IMG/VR virus record: IMGVR_UViG_3300014205_000003
Coordinates: 64,001 to 128,000 of that record
DNA from: a virus
Taxonomy: Duplodnaviria > Caudoviricetes
Length of the DNA stretch: 64,000 nt
Direction: 5' to 3' (one strand)
Shown here: positions 1-9,903 of the stretch, in pieces
How the letters are laid out: the number at the start of each line of letters is the position of its first letter
Position numbering within the stretch: the first letter of the stretch is position 1
Made by a program: the position numbers and the translations under genes
The notes under the pieces: generated by a model
Seen by the model: the letters and a program-made list of their open reading frames with translations, nothing else
The model's database searches: none
What the model was told of the DNA's origin: nothing

Positions 1-24
1 ACGATTGATCCCTTTGGCTTTCAG

Positions 25-738
25 TTGATGGAAGGTTGTTGGCCTGACAAGTGTAATGACTCGGAACGTAGAGGTTTCTTGAACGAATTGGAAGGTGGTT
101 CGATTACTGTCACGTATGTGACCGACATGGCGACCATTCATCCAGACAAGCTTCAGGAGTTTCTTGAGACTAGTGGTAAGAATCCTAATCCGCCTGTTGA
201 GGCTCCCGTGGCTCCTGTTGCTCCTGTCGCTGTTGCAGAGGAGTCTAAGGAAGTGATTCAGGCTCCTGCTCCTGTGAAAGAGAAGGTAGACGTTAAGAGT
301 GATCCGATTCCTCAGGCGATTCGCAAGTTGCAGGAGGATGCTCGCAAGTTGTTTGCAGAGGCCAACAAGAATCCTGACACGAAGGCTTTCAAGTTTGGGG
401 AAGCTGATGTGGATGCTCCTCGCGGCAAGGAAGTGGATTTGACTTCTAAGTTGGCTCACGAAGGAAGTATGGAGCAGTTCATGTCGCAGCGTAAGGGGTT
501 TACTCCTGATGATGTGACAGCTGTTGCTGAGTTGCCTGAGCAGACTCCTGCGTTCAAGGAGATGGAGTTCAAGCCTACGGTTGACAAGACTCCGATGTTC
601 AGCGAGACGTCAGCGCCTGCAAATCAGCCTGCAGAGACTCCTGCGAAGCTGGCAGAGGCTAACCCTGTTGTTGAGGCTCAGACGATTGTTGCAGCGGCTT
701 CTAAGCAGTCTCAGCGTGGTCGTAAGAAAGGTGGATGA
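25..738 (+). CDS. Hypothetical protein, Pro/Ala/Glu-rich; true start probably upstream of the window
   Basis: 237 aa ORF; its stop overlaps the next start (ATGA). Confidence 0.6.
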   Translation: MMEGCWPDKCNDSERRGFLNELEGGSITVTYVTDMATIHPDKLQEFLETSGKNPNPPVEAPVAPVAPVAVAEESKEVIQAPAPVKEKVDVKSDPIPQAIRKLQEDARKLFAEANKNPDTKAFKFGEADVDAPRGKEVDLTSKLAHEGSMEQFMSQRKGFTPDDVTAVAELPEQTPAFKEMEFKPTVDKTPMFSETSAPANQPAETPAKLAEANPVVEAQTIVAAASKQSQRGRKKGG

Positions 739-1058
739 ACATGAGTGAGCGCGTACTACTTTCGAGTGCAGCTTCTTTGAAGGGTGCGATTGAGGTTACT
801 GCTTCTTCAGTTTTGAGTTTAGCTGAGGACGGCAAGAGGAATTTCTTGTACTTGTCGAACAACAGTTCGAATCCTGACGAGATTGTTTGGCTGGGCTTTG
901 GAGTGCCTGCAGTGGTTGGAGAGGGTGTTCCTCTTTGTCCTGGGGGTGTTCCTGTAGTGATGTCTGGATCGACTGGCATCTATACTGGCGACATCTACAT
1001 GATTGCCAGTGAGGGTACTCCTTCTGTTTCTTGGCAGGTTCTCTGGTCGAACTGTTAA
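735..1058 (+). CDS. Small beta-rich putative virion protein
   Basis: 107 aa ORF coupled to its neighbours in the structural module. Confidence 0.5.
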   Translation: MNMSERVLLSSAASLKGAIEVTASSVLSLAEDGKRNFLYLSNNSSNPDEIVWLGFGVPAVVGEGVPLCPGGVPVVMSGSTGIYTGDIYMIASEGTPSVSWQVLWSNC

Positions 1059-1072
1059 CGAGGGTAAGCTAG

Positions 1073-1900
1073 ATGCCGCTTCCACTCACCTTGATGGATA
1101 CTGATGGATTGTCTCCAGCAGGTTATCCAGTGCTTCAGCTTCAGCAGGCTACAGAGCAGAACGTTGCTGTGTACTTGAAGGAGGCTGACGGGACTGAATA
1201 TGTCGCGGCATCTGGCAACGTTGTAACTCTTACGACTTCTGAGACTCTTGCTGGATATCCTGTAGACATGTTAATCACATGTACGTGGACAACTCCTTCT
1301 ACAGGACTTATAAATGTTCCAGTACCTCACGACGAAGAGCAGACTCCTGGAATCTGGATTGGCGAGTTTACAGTCTACGAAGACAGTACTCAGGCAAAGG
1401 CTTTACGCAGGTTTAGGTGTTATGTCGAGATTCAGCCATCGTTGGCTAAGCTTGGACAGGCTCAGGTAAATGCTCCTCTGTCTATTGCAGAGATTCGAAT
1501 GGCTATGCGGGACAGATGTGCGGAAGATAACTTCTTGCTTGACAGTATGGAATTCTCTGACTCGGAGATAGCTTTCTGCATACGTCGTCCAGTAGATTGG
1601 TGGAATGAGACTGCTCAACGGCTTCGGATTGCTACATATACGTATACGACGTTTCCTTACAGGTATCATTGGTTGGATGCTACTGTAGGGGAACTGTTGA
1701 AGATTGGCAGTTACAACTTGAACAGGAATCGGATCACTTTGAATGCTGGTGGGATCAACACAGACGACAAAGAGCGCGGGAAGCTCTATCTGGAGTTGTC
1801 GGACAAGTTGATTAAGGAGTACCACAGTTGGGGTACTGCTCAGATGAAGGGTTTGAATCTTCAGGGTTGGGGTGGCTTTGTACGCAACGGGTGGTTCTAA
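1073..1900 (+). CDS. Putative neck/head-tail adaptor protein with an N-terminal Ig/BppU-like domain
   Basis: C-terminal half (EIRMAMRD..EDNFLLD..EFSD, TFPYRYHWL, RNRITLNAGG) resembles large-phage neck proteins as I recall them; position. Confidence 0.55.
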   Translation: MPLPLTLMDTDGLSPAGYPVLQLQQATEQNVAVYLKEADGTEYVAASGNVVTLTTSETLAGYPVDMLITCTWTTPSTGLINVPVPHDEEQTPGIWIGEFTVYEDSTQAKALRRFRCYVEIQPSLAKLGQAQVNAPLSIAEIRMAMRDRCAEDNFLLDSMEFSDSEIAFCIRRPVDWWNETAQRLRIATYTYTTFPYRYHWLDATVGELLKIGSYNLNRNRITLNAGGINTDDKERGKLYLELSDKLIKEYHSWGTAQMKGLNLQGWGGFVRNGWF

Positions 1901-2226
1901 TGTCTAAAGTATCTCTACAGGCTTTCTTCTCTGGGTATATGTCAAAGAGTGCAGCCTTCTTCACTTCTGACGGAAAGCCGTATAAGCCGTATCCAGATCT
2001 GTATCCTAAACTTCCTGATCCTACAGCAAAAGAGAAAGAACTGGCGGCGTGGTGGAATCAAGATGATAAGAAGATAAAACAACCAGAGAGCACAAGTAAA
2101 GCTCTTGAGGAGTTTGGTAAAAGTTGGAAGAAAGCAGAACCTCCCAAAGGTCTTACAGGTTGGCCAGATGTGAGCAAACTTAAAAAGATACTCAATGTGG
2201 TTTTACGTATCGGTAAGGCTAAGTAG
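1900..2226 (+). CDS. Hypothetical protein (start MSKVSLQAFFSGYMSKSA)
   Basis: ATG at 1900 overlaps the upstream TAA. Confidence 0.55.
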   Translation: MSKVSLQAFFSGYMSKSAAFFTSDGKPYKPYPDLYPKLPDPTAKEKELAAWWNQDDKKIKQPESTSKALEEFGKSWKKAEPPKGLTGWPDVSKLKKILNVVLRIGKAK

Positions 2227-2242
2227 GTTTAAAAATAACTAG

Positions 2243-3136
2243 ATGTCCACTTACCTCTTCAGTTATGTGAAGGCTCTTGTAAGTCCTGTAGACTATTCCA
2301 CTACAGTTGAGTGGAAGCTTGTCAAGGGCTACAAGCCTGTCTCAGCTACTTTGAATTTCTACGTAGAGGTAGCTCGAGCTGGTGGAGACTTTACACGACT
2401 CAATCCTTCTGCTCCTGTTGTGAATGATTTCCACTACACCGACAGTATTAGATATCAGTACAACATTCAGAACGACATCGTATATCGTGTAGTGATGGAA
2501 GACAACGGAACTTCGTATGCTTCTATCCCTGTACAGATTGGTGGACCTCTTTCCAGTCAAGAGCGAAACTTGGTAAGGGAGATCAGTCGTAGGAAGTATG
2601 TACAGCTGGTAAAACGCACAGGTGTGCGCGGATACTTACTTAGAGCTAGGGATTGGGGAACAGACTGTCCTAACAACGATCCAGACTCTGAGACACCTTT
2701 TACAGGTGAGTGTCCTCTCTGCTACGGTGGAGGGATTCTTGGTGGTTTCTTTCCAGCGATTGAGTATTGGCTTGAGCCTGCTGAGAAAGCTGGAATAGAG
2801 CGTAAGACAGATGGAACTACTGGAACAGAGATGACTCATATCTCTAAGTGGCGGTGTATTAACTATCCTGCAGTGTTTCCAGATGATTTGTGGGTTGATG
2901 CGCAGACAGGCGACAGATACACAGTTGCTCCTGAGTACATTCCAGAAGTGTACATCAGGAGTTATCCTATAATGGGTATCATTGCTATGACTAAGCTTCC
3001 TCCTACGTCATATCTGTACAATGTTCCAGTAGGTTCTGGAGCCGCTACAGGGACGGATGGCTGGACGAGTGGACTAGCGACGATTGCTGCGCGTGGACAA
3101 GAACAGCTTACAGAACCTAGAGAAGTACTCTTTTAA
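2243..3136 (+). CDS. Putative head-closure/neck protein with Zn-finger
   Basis: GYLLRAR.WG..C...CPLCYGGG..GGFF pattern typical of phage neck proteins. Confidence 0.55.
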   Translation: MSTYLFSYVKALVSPVDYSTTVEWKLVKGYKPVSATLNFYVEVARAGGDFTRLNPSAPVVNDFHYTDSIRYQYNIQNDIVYRVVMEDNGTSYASIPVQIGGPLSSQERNLVREISRRKYVQLVKRTGVRGYLLRARDWGTDCPNNDPDSETPFTGECPLCYGGGILGGFFPAIEYWLEPAEKAGIERKTDGTTGTEMTHISKWRCINYPAVFPDDLWVDAQTGDRYTVAPEYIPEVYIRSYPIMGIIAMTKLPPTSYLYNVPVGSGAATGTDGWTSGLATIAARGQEQLTEPREVLF

Positions 3137-3168
3137 ACGCACAGATGTGCACTTTTCAGGAACAGACG

Positions 3169-3978
3169 ATGCAAGACAAACTGGCAGCTCTGCTTGGTGG
3201 AATGTTGAACGAGTATGTCTCAGGAGCTTCTGACTTGGCTGCTGGACAGGCAGGGGCGCCTGCTACAGGCTCTACAACTGCCAATGGGGACATTGTACCG
3301 TCTACCAACGAAGTCATGCTCCAGAGGCGATTGGCTGACGTTATGAAGCCTGTCTATCAGATGGCTGGACAAGCTAAGGAACATGAAGCTCGTCGTATCC
3401 GTGAAACGATGTTTGGAATCAAACCAGATGCTCCTACAGCTAATCCTATTGCTAAAGGCGTCTCAGAGTTCTTAGCTACTCGCTTGTACAACAGAGATCT
3501 TCAGCCGTACATCAAGGCTATGGAAGAGGAAGCTAAGAACAATGTACGAAACTCTTCTGCAGGTGAGGCTGGATATGGCGATCAGTGGAAGTCTACGATT
3601 ACCAGTTTCATTGCTCATCCAGATGCTGAAGTGAATCAGTATGGCAATCTGCTTAACATTATGAGTAAGACTCAAGACATGCAGACTAAGCAGAAAGCTC
3701 AGATAGGTTTGAACGCTTTGAAGAAGCGTTGGGTAAAGACAAATCAGGGAGATAAGCTGGCTTTGCTTCATCAGTTGGAAGCTCTGAAGAGCACTAAGGG
3801 GAAATCTGCTGACTTAGGTCAGGTGCAGAAGAAAGCTATTCGTTCGATGAAGACGTACTTGGACAGTTTGAAGTTCAATGTGGGACAGGACAACAAGGTT
3901 CGAGGATATAAGACATATCCTGTGAACAATGCGCAGATGGACGCGGCTAATCAGGAAGCGCAGGCTGTAAAGATCTAA
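3169..3978 (+). CDS. Hypothetical helical protein
   Basis: Long ORF; start uncertain (3145 or 3169). Confidence 0.55.
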   Translation: MQDKLAALLGGMLNEYVSGASDLAAGQAGAPATGSTTANGDIVPSTNEVMLQRRLADVMKPVYQMAGQAKEHEARRIRETMFGIKPDAPTANPIAKGVSEFLATRLYNRDLQPYIKAMEEEAKNNVRNSSAGEAGYGDQWKSTITSFIAHPDAEVNQYGNLLNIMSKTQDMQTKQKAQIGLNALKKRWVKTNQGDKLALLHQLEALKSTKGKSADLGQVQKKAIRSMKTYLDSLKFNVGQDNKVRGYKTYPVNNAQMDAANQEAQAVKI

Positions 3979-4602
3979 ATGACTACATACGTTGAACCAA
4001 CTTGGGGACTTCCGTCTGATCAATTTGTCAGACAGCAGAGCATCTTCTCGCAGAAGCCTATGGACATGCAAGCTCTTTCCGGCTTGCTTATTCGCTACAT
4101 GCAGATGTGCTTTATGGCTCCTACGAGTATTGTGAATCCTGACTTGCAGACGCTGTTGTGGAATTCGGATACGCAGTTGTCGAAGATCTTTATTGGAAGT
4201 GGTGCGGCGATAAATACTGCGAATGCGGGACAGAAGCCTGGAATCTATATTAGTAGAGATGAAGTTAAGACATTGGACATCAACATTCCTCCGAATGTGG
4301 TACAAGTATCTGTAGGACATTCGCCAACAGATCCAATGATCTTCAACGATACTTTTGTAGGCGCTCATACAATACGAGCTGAGAGTGGTAACTGTTACGA
4401 AGCTGAAGCGATAGGTCAGGAGATGTTCTTGAAGTTGTTGATCTTCCACAGTGTTATACAGGATGACGCACAACTTCGAATGTTGACACTTAGCAATTTG
4501 ACAAAGGTTCAGAAAGCTGAGAACGGAAACTTTGTGACAGGTATTGTAATGAGTTGGGCCGCAGATTTCAATTATTCACTTCCAACGATGGAAACTTGGT
4601 GA
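3979..4602 (+). CDS. Putative tail completion/terminator protein
   Basis: Size, position between neck and tube-like genes, KPGIYISR and EAEAIG motifs. Confidence 0.45.
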   Translation: MTTYVEPTWGLPSDQFVRQQSIFSQKPMDMQALSGLLIRYMQMCFMAPTSIVNPDLQTLLWNSDTQLSKIFIGSGAAINTANAGQKPGIYISRDEVKTLDINIPPNVVQVSVGHSPTDPMIFNDTFVGAHTIRAESGNCYEAEAIGQEMFLKLLIFHSVIQDDAQLRMLTLSNLTKVQKAENGNFVTGIVMSWAADFNYSLPTMETW

Positions 4603-4613
4603 GGTAAAAGAAC

Positions 4614-5066
4614 ATGGCTATTTCGACCTACGCAGCAAGTCCTTACTTCTTCACGATGTCTATCAGTGTTCCTGGGGAGACTGGTGGAGACAACATCATC
4701 GAAGGTATTGCAGATCTTACTCTGGACTGGACTAAGCCAATCCGTAAGTACAAGAACTTGGACGACAACTTCGTTCAGCTTGTCTATGGCAAGGCTGAGG
4801 GTCGAATGGTTCTTAGGGGCTTTGCTACCAGTTCGGAGATTGCGAATGTGTTCGCTACTACAGACACTTACTACACTGGTGGTGTGATGCCGAGTGCTTG
4901 GACTGCTCCTGTAGAGATTGCCATTATAGCTAAGTCGAGTCTTGCAGATGCTGGACAGACGGCTTCGTATACTGGTTACAACACTGGTGGCGGGTTTACG
5001 TTCCGACAGGTTGAGGAACGCATCTGGGTTTTGGATGGTATCAAGATCTTCGAGATATTCGAATAA
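4614..5066 (+). CDS. Putative tail tube-like protein
   Basis: 150 aa beta-rich ORF with RBS; position. Confidence 0.4.
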   Translation: MAISTYAASPYFFTMSISVPGETGGDNIIEGIADLTLDWTKPIRKYKNLDDNFVQLVYGKAEGRMVLRGFATSSEIANVFATTDTYYTGGVMPSAWTAPVEIAIIAKSSLADAGQTASYTGYNTGGGFTFRQVEERIWVLDGIKIFEIFE

Positions 5067-5083
5067 CTTAAGGAACACATAAG

Positions 5084-5494
5084 ATGCGCGCATTAAATCT
5101 TCAGAACGCCAACGCTACTTTTACGATTGCTTCTGTTAGTAAGGACTTGGTGTCTAATGTCTCTTATCAGACATCTACACGTCCTGTTGAGTTGGACTTG
5201 CCAGAGGGATCGAGCTTCTTGTGGCCATTGCGTGAAGGTCAGCTTACTTTTGAGCATCAGCTTGCTCCTGGGGTTGCTCCTACCTCACAGCCTGCTACGC
5301 TGACGAAGACTACGATTGTGGTTACTGCTCGTCAGAAAGAGACAGGAGCGTCTGGTACGATGACTTTGACTACTTCCAGTGCGTACTTGACAGCGATCAA
5401 CATTACTACAACGCGTATCCAAGGGTTGGCTATGCCAGTGTTGACGGAACGTCTGACGTATACACTCTTGGTGGACGACGATGGCGCTACCTAA
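5084..5494 (+). CDS. Putative tail tube-like protein
   Basis: 136 aa Thr-rich beta protein; position. Confidence 0.4.
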   Translation: MRALNLQNANATFTIASVSKDLVSNVSYQTSTRPVELDLPEGSSFLWPLREGQLTFEHQLAPGVAPTSQPATLTKTTIVVTARQKETGASGTMTLTTSSAYLTAINITTTRIQGLAMPVLTERLTYTLLVDDDGAT

Positions 5495-5910
5495 TGCATC
5501 TTCAGACAAACTGGCACAATGTTCCTGCGACACTGTATCGAGGCAACATCAGCTTCGCTACACCAGTTGATCCGTCTGTAGATACTTACCTTCAGAGAGT
5601 TCCTGTATATCTCAGGAATGTCTCTATTTCCTACAACACCATTGAGATCTATCAGTACGGGAATCCGCAAGATTGGATTACTCGTATTCCTAAAGGTGGA
5701 ACCATATCCTGTTCAGGCATTATGGTTCCTACAGATTCTTCTCTCAAGTGGATAACTGCTAAGTTCTGGGAACGAGTAGTTATAGGAAACTTCGGAGGCT
5801 TCGAGGCCTGTAGAATCCTCAATCAGACCTTGACAGCTGAGCCGATTGCTGGAGGTTTGTCTGTACTTCATGGATCTTACACATTCTCTTTTGAGAGGAG
5901 AATTCCATGA
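5494..5910 (+). CDS. Putative tail structural protein
   Basis: Translationally coupled; beta-rich. Confidence 0.4.
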   Translation: MHLQTNWHNVPATLYRGNISFATPVDPSVDTYLQRVPVYLRNVSISYNTIEIYQYGNPQDWITRIPKGGTISCSGIMVPTDSSLKWITAKFWERVVIGNFGGFEACRILNQTLTAEPIAGGLSVLHGSYTFSFERRIP

Positions 5911-6407
5911 GAGTAGCAAATTTCATTCGTCCTCGACACAGCAACAGCGCTACTGCAGATTACGCCTCGTACTGCAAGATTCCTGAGCTTGATCCTGCGA
6001 TGATGATTCAGAGCATTGCCATCTCTTGGGACAATGCTCAAAACTTCAACTCTGGTTTGTACGGAGCTGTTGCGATGGATCGCAAAGGAACTGTACAAAT
6101 AGGTTTCCTCTACACGTCTACACCAGCGGCTACAGGGACATTCTTTGAAGAGCCTTACATTGCTACGATGACTATCTCTGCAGGATTCTACAGCGGAGGA
6201 ACGTTAGAGAATCATTCGATGCCTCTGTATGGTTGTCAGCAGCGTGCTATATCTATACAGACTGTTGATCATGGTAATGGAGCCTTTACATTAGAAGGGC
6301 AAGTTACTTATTCTTTTGCTTGTGCAGATGACGACAACAACGGAGTAAGTCTTGGTGGTTATGCAAACACTGCACCTAATCGTCCTTGGTATCATGCACG
6401 CAGTTAG
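5907..6407 (+). CDS. Putative tail structural protein
   Basis: Translationally coupled; beta-rich. Confidence 0.4.
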   Translation: MRVANFIRPRHSNSATADYASYCKIPELDPAMMIQSIAISWDNAQNFNSGLYGAVAMDRKGTVQIGFLYTSTPAATGTFFEEPYIATMTISAGFYSGGTLENHSMPLYGCQQRAISIQTVDHGNGAFTLEGQVTYSFACADDDNNGVSLGGYANTAPNRPWYHARS

Positions 6408-6428
6408 TAAACAAGAAGGAATCTGAAA

Positions 6429-6842
6429 ATGAGTGAAGTATCTGCAGAAGACGTTCAAGAGTATATGCGTTGTCTCTTGGGTCGACGTCCGTTCATCAAG
6501 ACTTATCCGATATGTGGTAAAGAGCTCTGCAGCTTGCAGACTATGACTACAAAGAGTCGGATGCGGTTGAACAAGTTCATGGCTTGGTGTGAGACTCAGA
6601 AGGACATTGCAGCAGATACTTCTGACAGAGCAAACTTAGTTTTTCGTACAGATAGGGCTTGCGAGTTGGAGAAGCTTAGTGACGAAGACATCTTGAAGGC
6701 CTTGCATACGACATATGATGATTGGGTGTATGAGAGTTATGTAGCACACATCAGGTGTTTGCAGGAGTTCATACAGCTCATTGAGACTTTGAGAGAGAAA
6801 GTCTTGGAAGTGGATTTTTGGAAGGGCGCTGGGCAGGGCTAA
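6429..6842 (+). CDS. Tail assembly chaperone (gpG-like)
   Basis: Ends ..EVDFW over slippery G GAT TTT (6812-6818); precedes an overlapping -1 frame ORF and a TMP-like gene. Confidence 0.6.
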   Translation: MSEVSAEDVQEYMRCLLGRRPFIKTYPICGKELCSLQTMTTKSRMRLNKFMAWCETQKDIAADTSDRANLVFRTDRACELEKLSDEDILKALHTTYDDWVYESYVAHIRCLQEFIQLIETLREKVLEVDFWKGAGQG

Positions 6843-7132
6843 CCCTCGACGCCTTTCTGGACAAAGCCTTAGACTTCTCCTACATAACTCGAGACGATCC
6901 TGAGAGCTTGTTGCAGGAAGAGTTAGCACACAAGTGGTTGTTTAGGAAGCGTCAGTTAGTTTCTCGTACGATGCAGACGCTTTATGGTATTCATATACAG
7001 GCTGTAAGTGACAGTCTGAAGATAGAGACAGAGGCGTCCGAGACGTTCAAGTTGATGTTTCCGTGGCAAGTTGAGAAACCTTGGTCACCTGAAGACTTGG
7101 CAGATGTAATGCAGTTCTTCAAGAAGAGTTAG
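6818..7132 (+). CDS. Tail assembly chaperone gpT-like extension, reached by -1 frameshift
   Basis: -1 frame relative to the 6429 ORF; called start is a TTG overlapping the slippery run. Confidence 0.6.
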   Translation: MEGRWAGLTLDAFLDKALDFSYITRDDPESLLQEELAHKWLFRKRQLVSRTMQTLYGIHIQAVSDSLKIETEASETFKLMFPWQVEKPWSPEDLADVMQFFKKS

Positions 7133-7134
7133 AC

Positions 7135-8808
7135 ATGGCAGACGAAGAGAAGAAACAACCAGTAGCTGAGAAGGTTTTTCCTCCTGTTGTGGAGAAGTCT
7201 ATAGCAGATACTCCAGTCGCTGAGAGAGCTCCTGAGAAGTCTGTTGAGAACGTTCCTGAGAGAGCTCCTGAGAGAGCTCCTGAGCCTAAGAACTCTCAAA
7301 AAGAGATAGACGACAATAACAAGAACGCTCAGGGCTTTGCTAAGTTACCTGAGAAAGGTACTCCAAACGCTTTTGAGGTTAAAGTAAAAAGCCCAGCAGA
7401 GCGTGCAACAGGTTTTGCTAAGTTACCAGATACAGGAACTCCAAACACGTTTGGTAGACGTAAAGAAGCTCCTGCAATGACTGTAGAGAAGGCGTCTGAA
7501 GAACGCAGAGTAGCTGCAAAGAAGATTACTGAGACTAAGGATGCTGGTGGCACTAATGAGCGTGGAATGGCTTATTTGGATGCTCGACAAGCTGCTGTTA
7601 CTGCACGAGAAGAAGTAAAAGCAAGTCCTACAAAAGAGAACAAAGAGAAGCTGAAAACAGCTTATGAAGGCTTTACTGAATCTCGTAAAGCCGCAATGCA
7701 AGATCCGTCGACTAAGGATGCCGTACAGACCTTTGAGAAAGCAGCTTCTCAGGAAGAGAGAGTAGTATCTGCACAGCGATCGAAGGAGCAGAAAGCTTTT
7801 GCTACTTCTGAGAAGGCTCGTACAGAACGTATAAGTACTAAGGAAGGTGCTGTAGCAGAGGTTAAGAGTCTTGGCAAACAAGGTCAGCAACTTGAGAACA
7901 ATGTTGCTCGTGCCTCAAACACCTTAGAGACTACCCGAGAGTCTGCAAGACAGGACAAGCTTTCTCCTAAGGCCAAAGAGTACGTTCAAGCTGAAGACAC
8001 TATTAGAAATGAAAAATCTTCAGATAAAGAGAAGCAGAGCGCTGTAGCCGCTAAGACTAAACTAGAAGAAGACTTTAAGCAGGCGAAACCCAAGGATAAA
8101 GATCCAGGACTTCAAAAACTGGCAACAGATAAAGCCAATGTAGAGAAAGCATCTGCTGCTCAAGCGCAAACAATGCCTCGTCTTGCTCAAGAGCGTCAAG
8201 AAGCCCTTCGAGCTGTAGAAAGTGCACCTACAGCAGAAGCTAAAAAGAAGCAAGAGGTTGCCTCAGCTGAGAAAACTAAACAAGCGTCTGCAGCAACCGC
8301 TGAAGCAGATGCTCGCAAAGAAGATCCCACAAGAGGGAAAACTCTTAAGCTGAATAATGGCTTGCAGTACTACTCAGACAAGTCGTCAGATACTGCGGAT
8401 AAACCCCAAACTCGTACAGTAGTTCGCAACGGAATGCAGATGCAAGAGCCTGTTCAGCAGGCTGAGAAGGGTTCTGGAAAACGCACAGATGTGCGCGGAA
8501 GTGACTCTCAGGCCTCTGCAACAACCACTGAAACCGATAAGAGTAAAGAGACTCCTAAAACTCGTACTGTAGTTCGTAATGGCATGCAGATGCAGGAAGA
8601 GGTTAAAGCTTCTCCTAAGGACAAGACACCTGAAGCATCTCCTGAACAACAAGAAGCTATGAAGTCTCTCACTAAAGGTGCTAGAGAAGCTATAGGAGAC
8701 AGAGCAGCTTCTAAGACATCTGGTGGAAGTTCTACAGATGACATGAAGCAGATGTTGACAGAGATGAAGTTGAAGGTGGATGTGCTCTACTCAGAGATTG
8801 TGAGATAA
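7135..8808 (+). CDS. Possible tape measure-like protein, highly charged with internal repeats
   Basis: Directly after the G/GT pair; K/E/A-rich helical; repeats APER, GFAKLP..GTPN.F x2, TRTVVRNGMQMQE x2. Confidence 0.4.
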   Translation: MADEEKKQPVAEKVFPPVVEKSIADTPVAERAPEKSVENVPERAPERAPEPKNSQKEIDDNNKNAQGFAKLPEKGTPNAFEVKVKSPAERATGFAKLPDTGTPNTFGRRKEAPAMTVEKASEERRVAAKKITETKDAGGTNERGMAYLDARQAAVTAREEVKASPTKENKEKLKTAYEGFTESRKAAMQDPSTKDAVQTFEKAASQEERVVSAQRSKEQKAFATSEKARTERISTKEGAVAEVKSLGKQGQQLENNVARASNTLETTRESARQDKLSPKAKEYVQAEDTIRNEKSSDKEKQSAVAAKTKLEEDFKQAKPKDKDPGLQKLATDKANVEKASAAQAQTMPRLAQERQEALRAVESAPTAEAKKKQEVASAEKTKQASAATAEADARKEDPTRGKTLKLNNGLQYYSDKSSDTADKPQTRTVVRNGMQMQEPVQQAEKGSGKRTDVRGSDSQASATTTETDKSKETPKTRTVVRNGMQMQEEVKASPKDKTPEASPEQQEAMKSLTKGAREAIGDRAASKTSGGSSTDDMKQMLTEMKLKVDVLYSEIVR

Positions 8809-9386
8809 TGGCTATAGACTTTGCAGTAACAGGACGTGGTGTAAGAGCTCTTGATACATCTCAAGTGCCTGTGTGGTCGCTTAGTGATGTTGAACCTATT
8901 GTAGAAGAGTACTCTTGGAAGATCGTTCATACAGAGGAAACTCCTGCAGAACTTACTCCAGCAGGAACAGGAATTGTTATTCCTCTGCACTATTGGTTTC
9001 ACTACGTATTCACACAGAGAGTAGTTAAGCGCTTCAACATGGGTGATTCCGATGTGTTGAGCAGTGGACAGATGACTGCTAATCCTTTACTTCCCCCTTC
9101 ATCTTTTCCTATTACTCAAAGCTACTTTCGTCCTGACATCTCTCAACTAGCTGTCTTTCCTCTTCCGACAAACATTCCTGAAACAGACTTTGTCCACAAG
9201 AGCAGAACGTGGTTGTTGGACAAGATGGCGATTACATTTGACAAGGACAGGAAGCTGTATGAATTGAGAGCTGAGTTGACAGCTCGTACAGTTCAGAAAG
9301 AGAAATTGATTTGGGCTAACAAGTTTACGCTGACGAGTTGGTCAGCTCTTCCTATATATCCAGCGGCTGGAACAGGATATCCATAA
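8808..9386 (+). CDS. Putative tail tip/baseplate protein
   Basis: Position after the TMP-like gene. Confidence 0.4.
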   Translation: MAIDFAVTGRGVRALDTSQVPVWSLSDVEPIVEEYSWKIVHTEETPAELTPAGTGIVIPLHYWFHYVFTQRVVKRFNMGDSDVLSSGQMTANPLLPPSSFPITQSYFRPDISQLAVFPLPTNIPETDFVHKSRTWLLDKMAITFDKDRKLYELRAELTARTVQKEKLIWANKFTLTSWSALPIYPAAGTGYP

Positions 9387-9387
9387 G

Positions 9388-9900
9388 ATGCCAAGTGCTT
9401 TTGAAAACCCTCGTGAGATCTACAGTACTAATGCCAACTACCTGGAGAACTGGGATTTGGTAGAGTTCACTGTGCAGGAGAAGAAGGATGTAAAGACGTC
9501 AATTGTCTCAGATGCTACATACATCTACTACATTCAGGTTCCGCGCTTGCAGTATCAGTTCTCTCAGACGGTTAAGCTTACGTTTACAGATCGTCAGTCG
9601 TATGCAGCCGCTCAGAGAGAACCTCCTACGAGTGTTTCAGCAATGACTGACTATGCTAGGGGTTTGTCTCTGGTGAATCTTCCAAACGCTATAGCGCCTG
9701 TCACAGGGGCCTTCTACTCAGGGACCAAGATAAACGACTGGTTGGCTACTGGACATACCTTCCGCATGCTTACAGACGGCATATTCGAGGTTCAGGTACA
9801 TATGGAAGCATACTCAGATTTCATTTGGGACAGGACGAATGCTTGTCGTACGCAGATGTTGAAGGCCACGAATGTTACAGCAACTTCTCCAGAGGTCTAA
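9388..9900 (+). CDS. Putative tail tip/baseplate protein
   Basis: Position; coupled ORF. Confidence 0.4.
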   Translation: MPSAFENPREIYSTNANYLENWDLVEFTVQEKKDVKTSIVSDATYIYYIQVPRLQYQFSQTVKLTFTDRQSYAAAQREPPTSVSAMTDYARGLSLVNLPNAIAPVTGAFYSGTKINDWLATGHTFRMLTDGIFEVQVHMEAYSDFIWDRTNACRTQMLKATNVTATSPEV

Positions 9901-9903
9901 CTT

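Noticed and set aside
1509-1526. GGACAGATGTGCGGAAG, and AAACAGATGTGCGCC near 27498, as extra copies of the dispersed motif
   Set aside because: The left half of the palindrome is broken; could be chance, so not counted.
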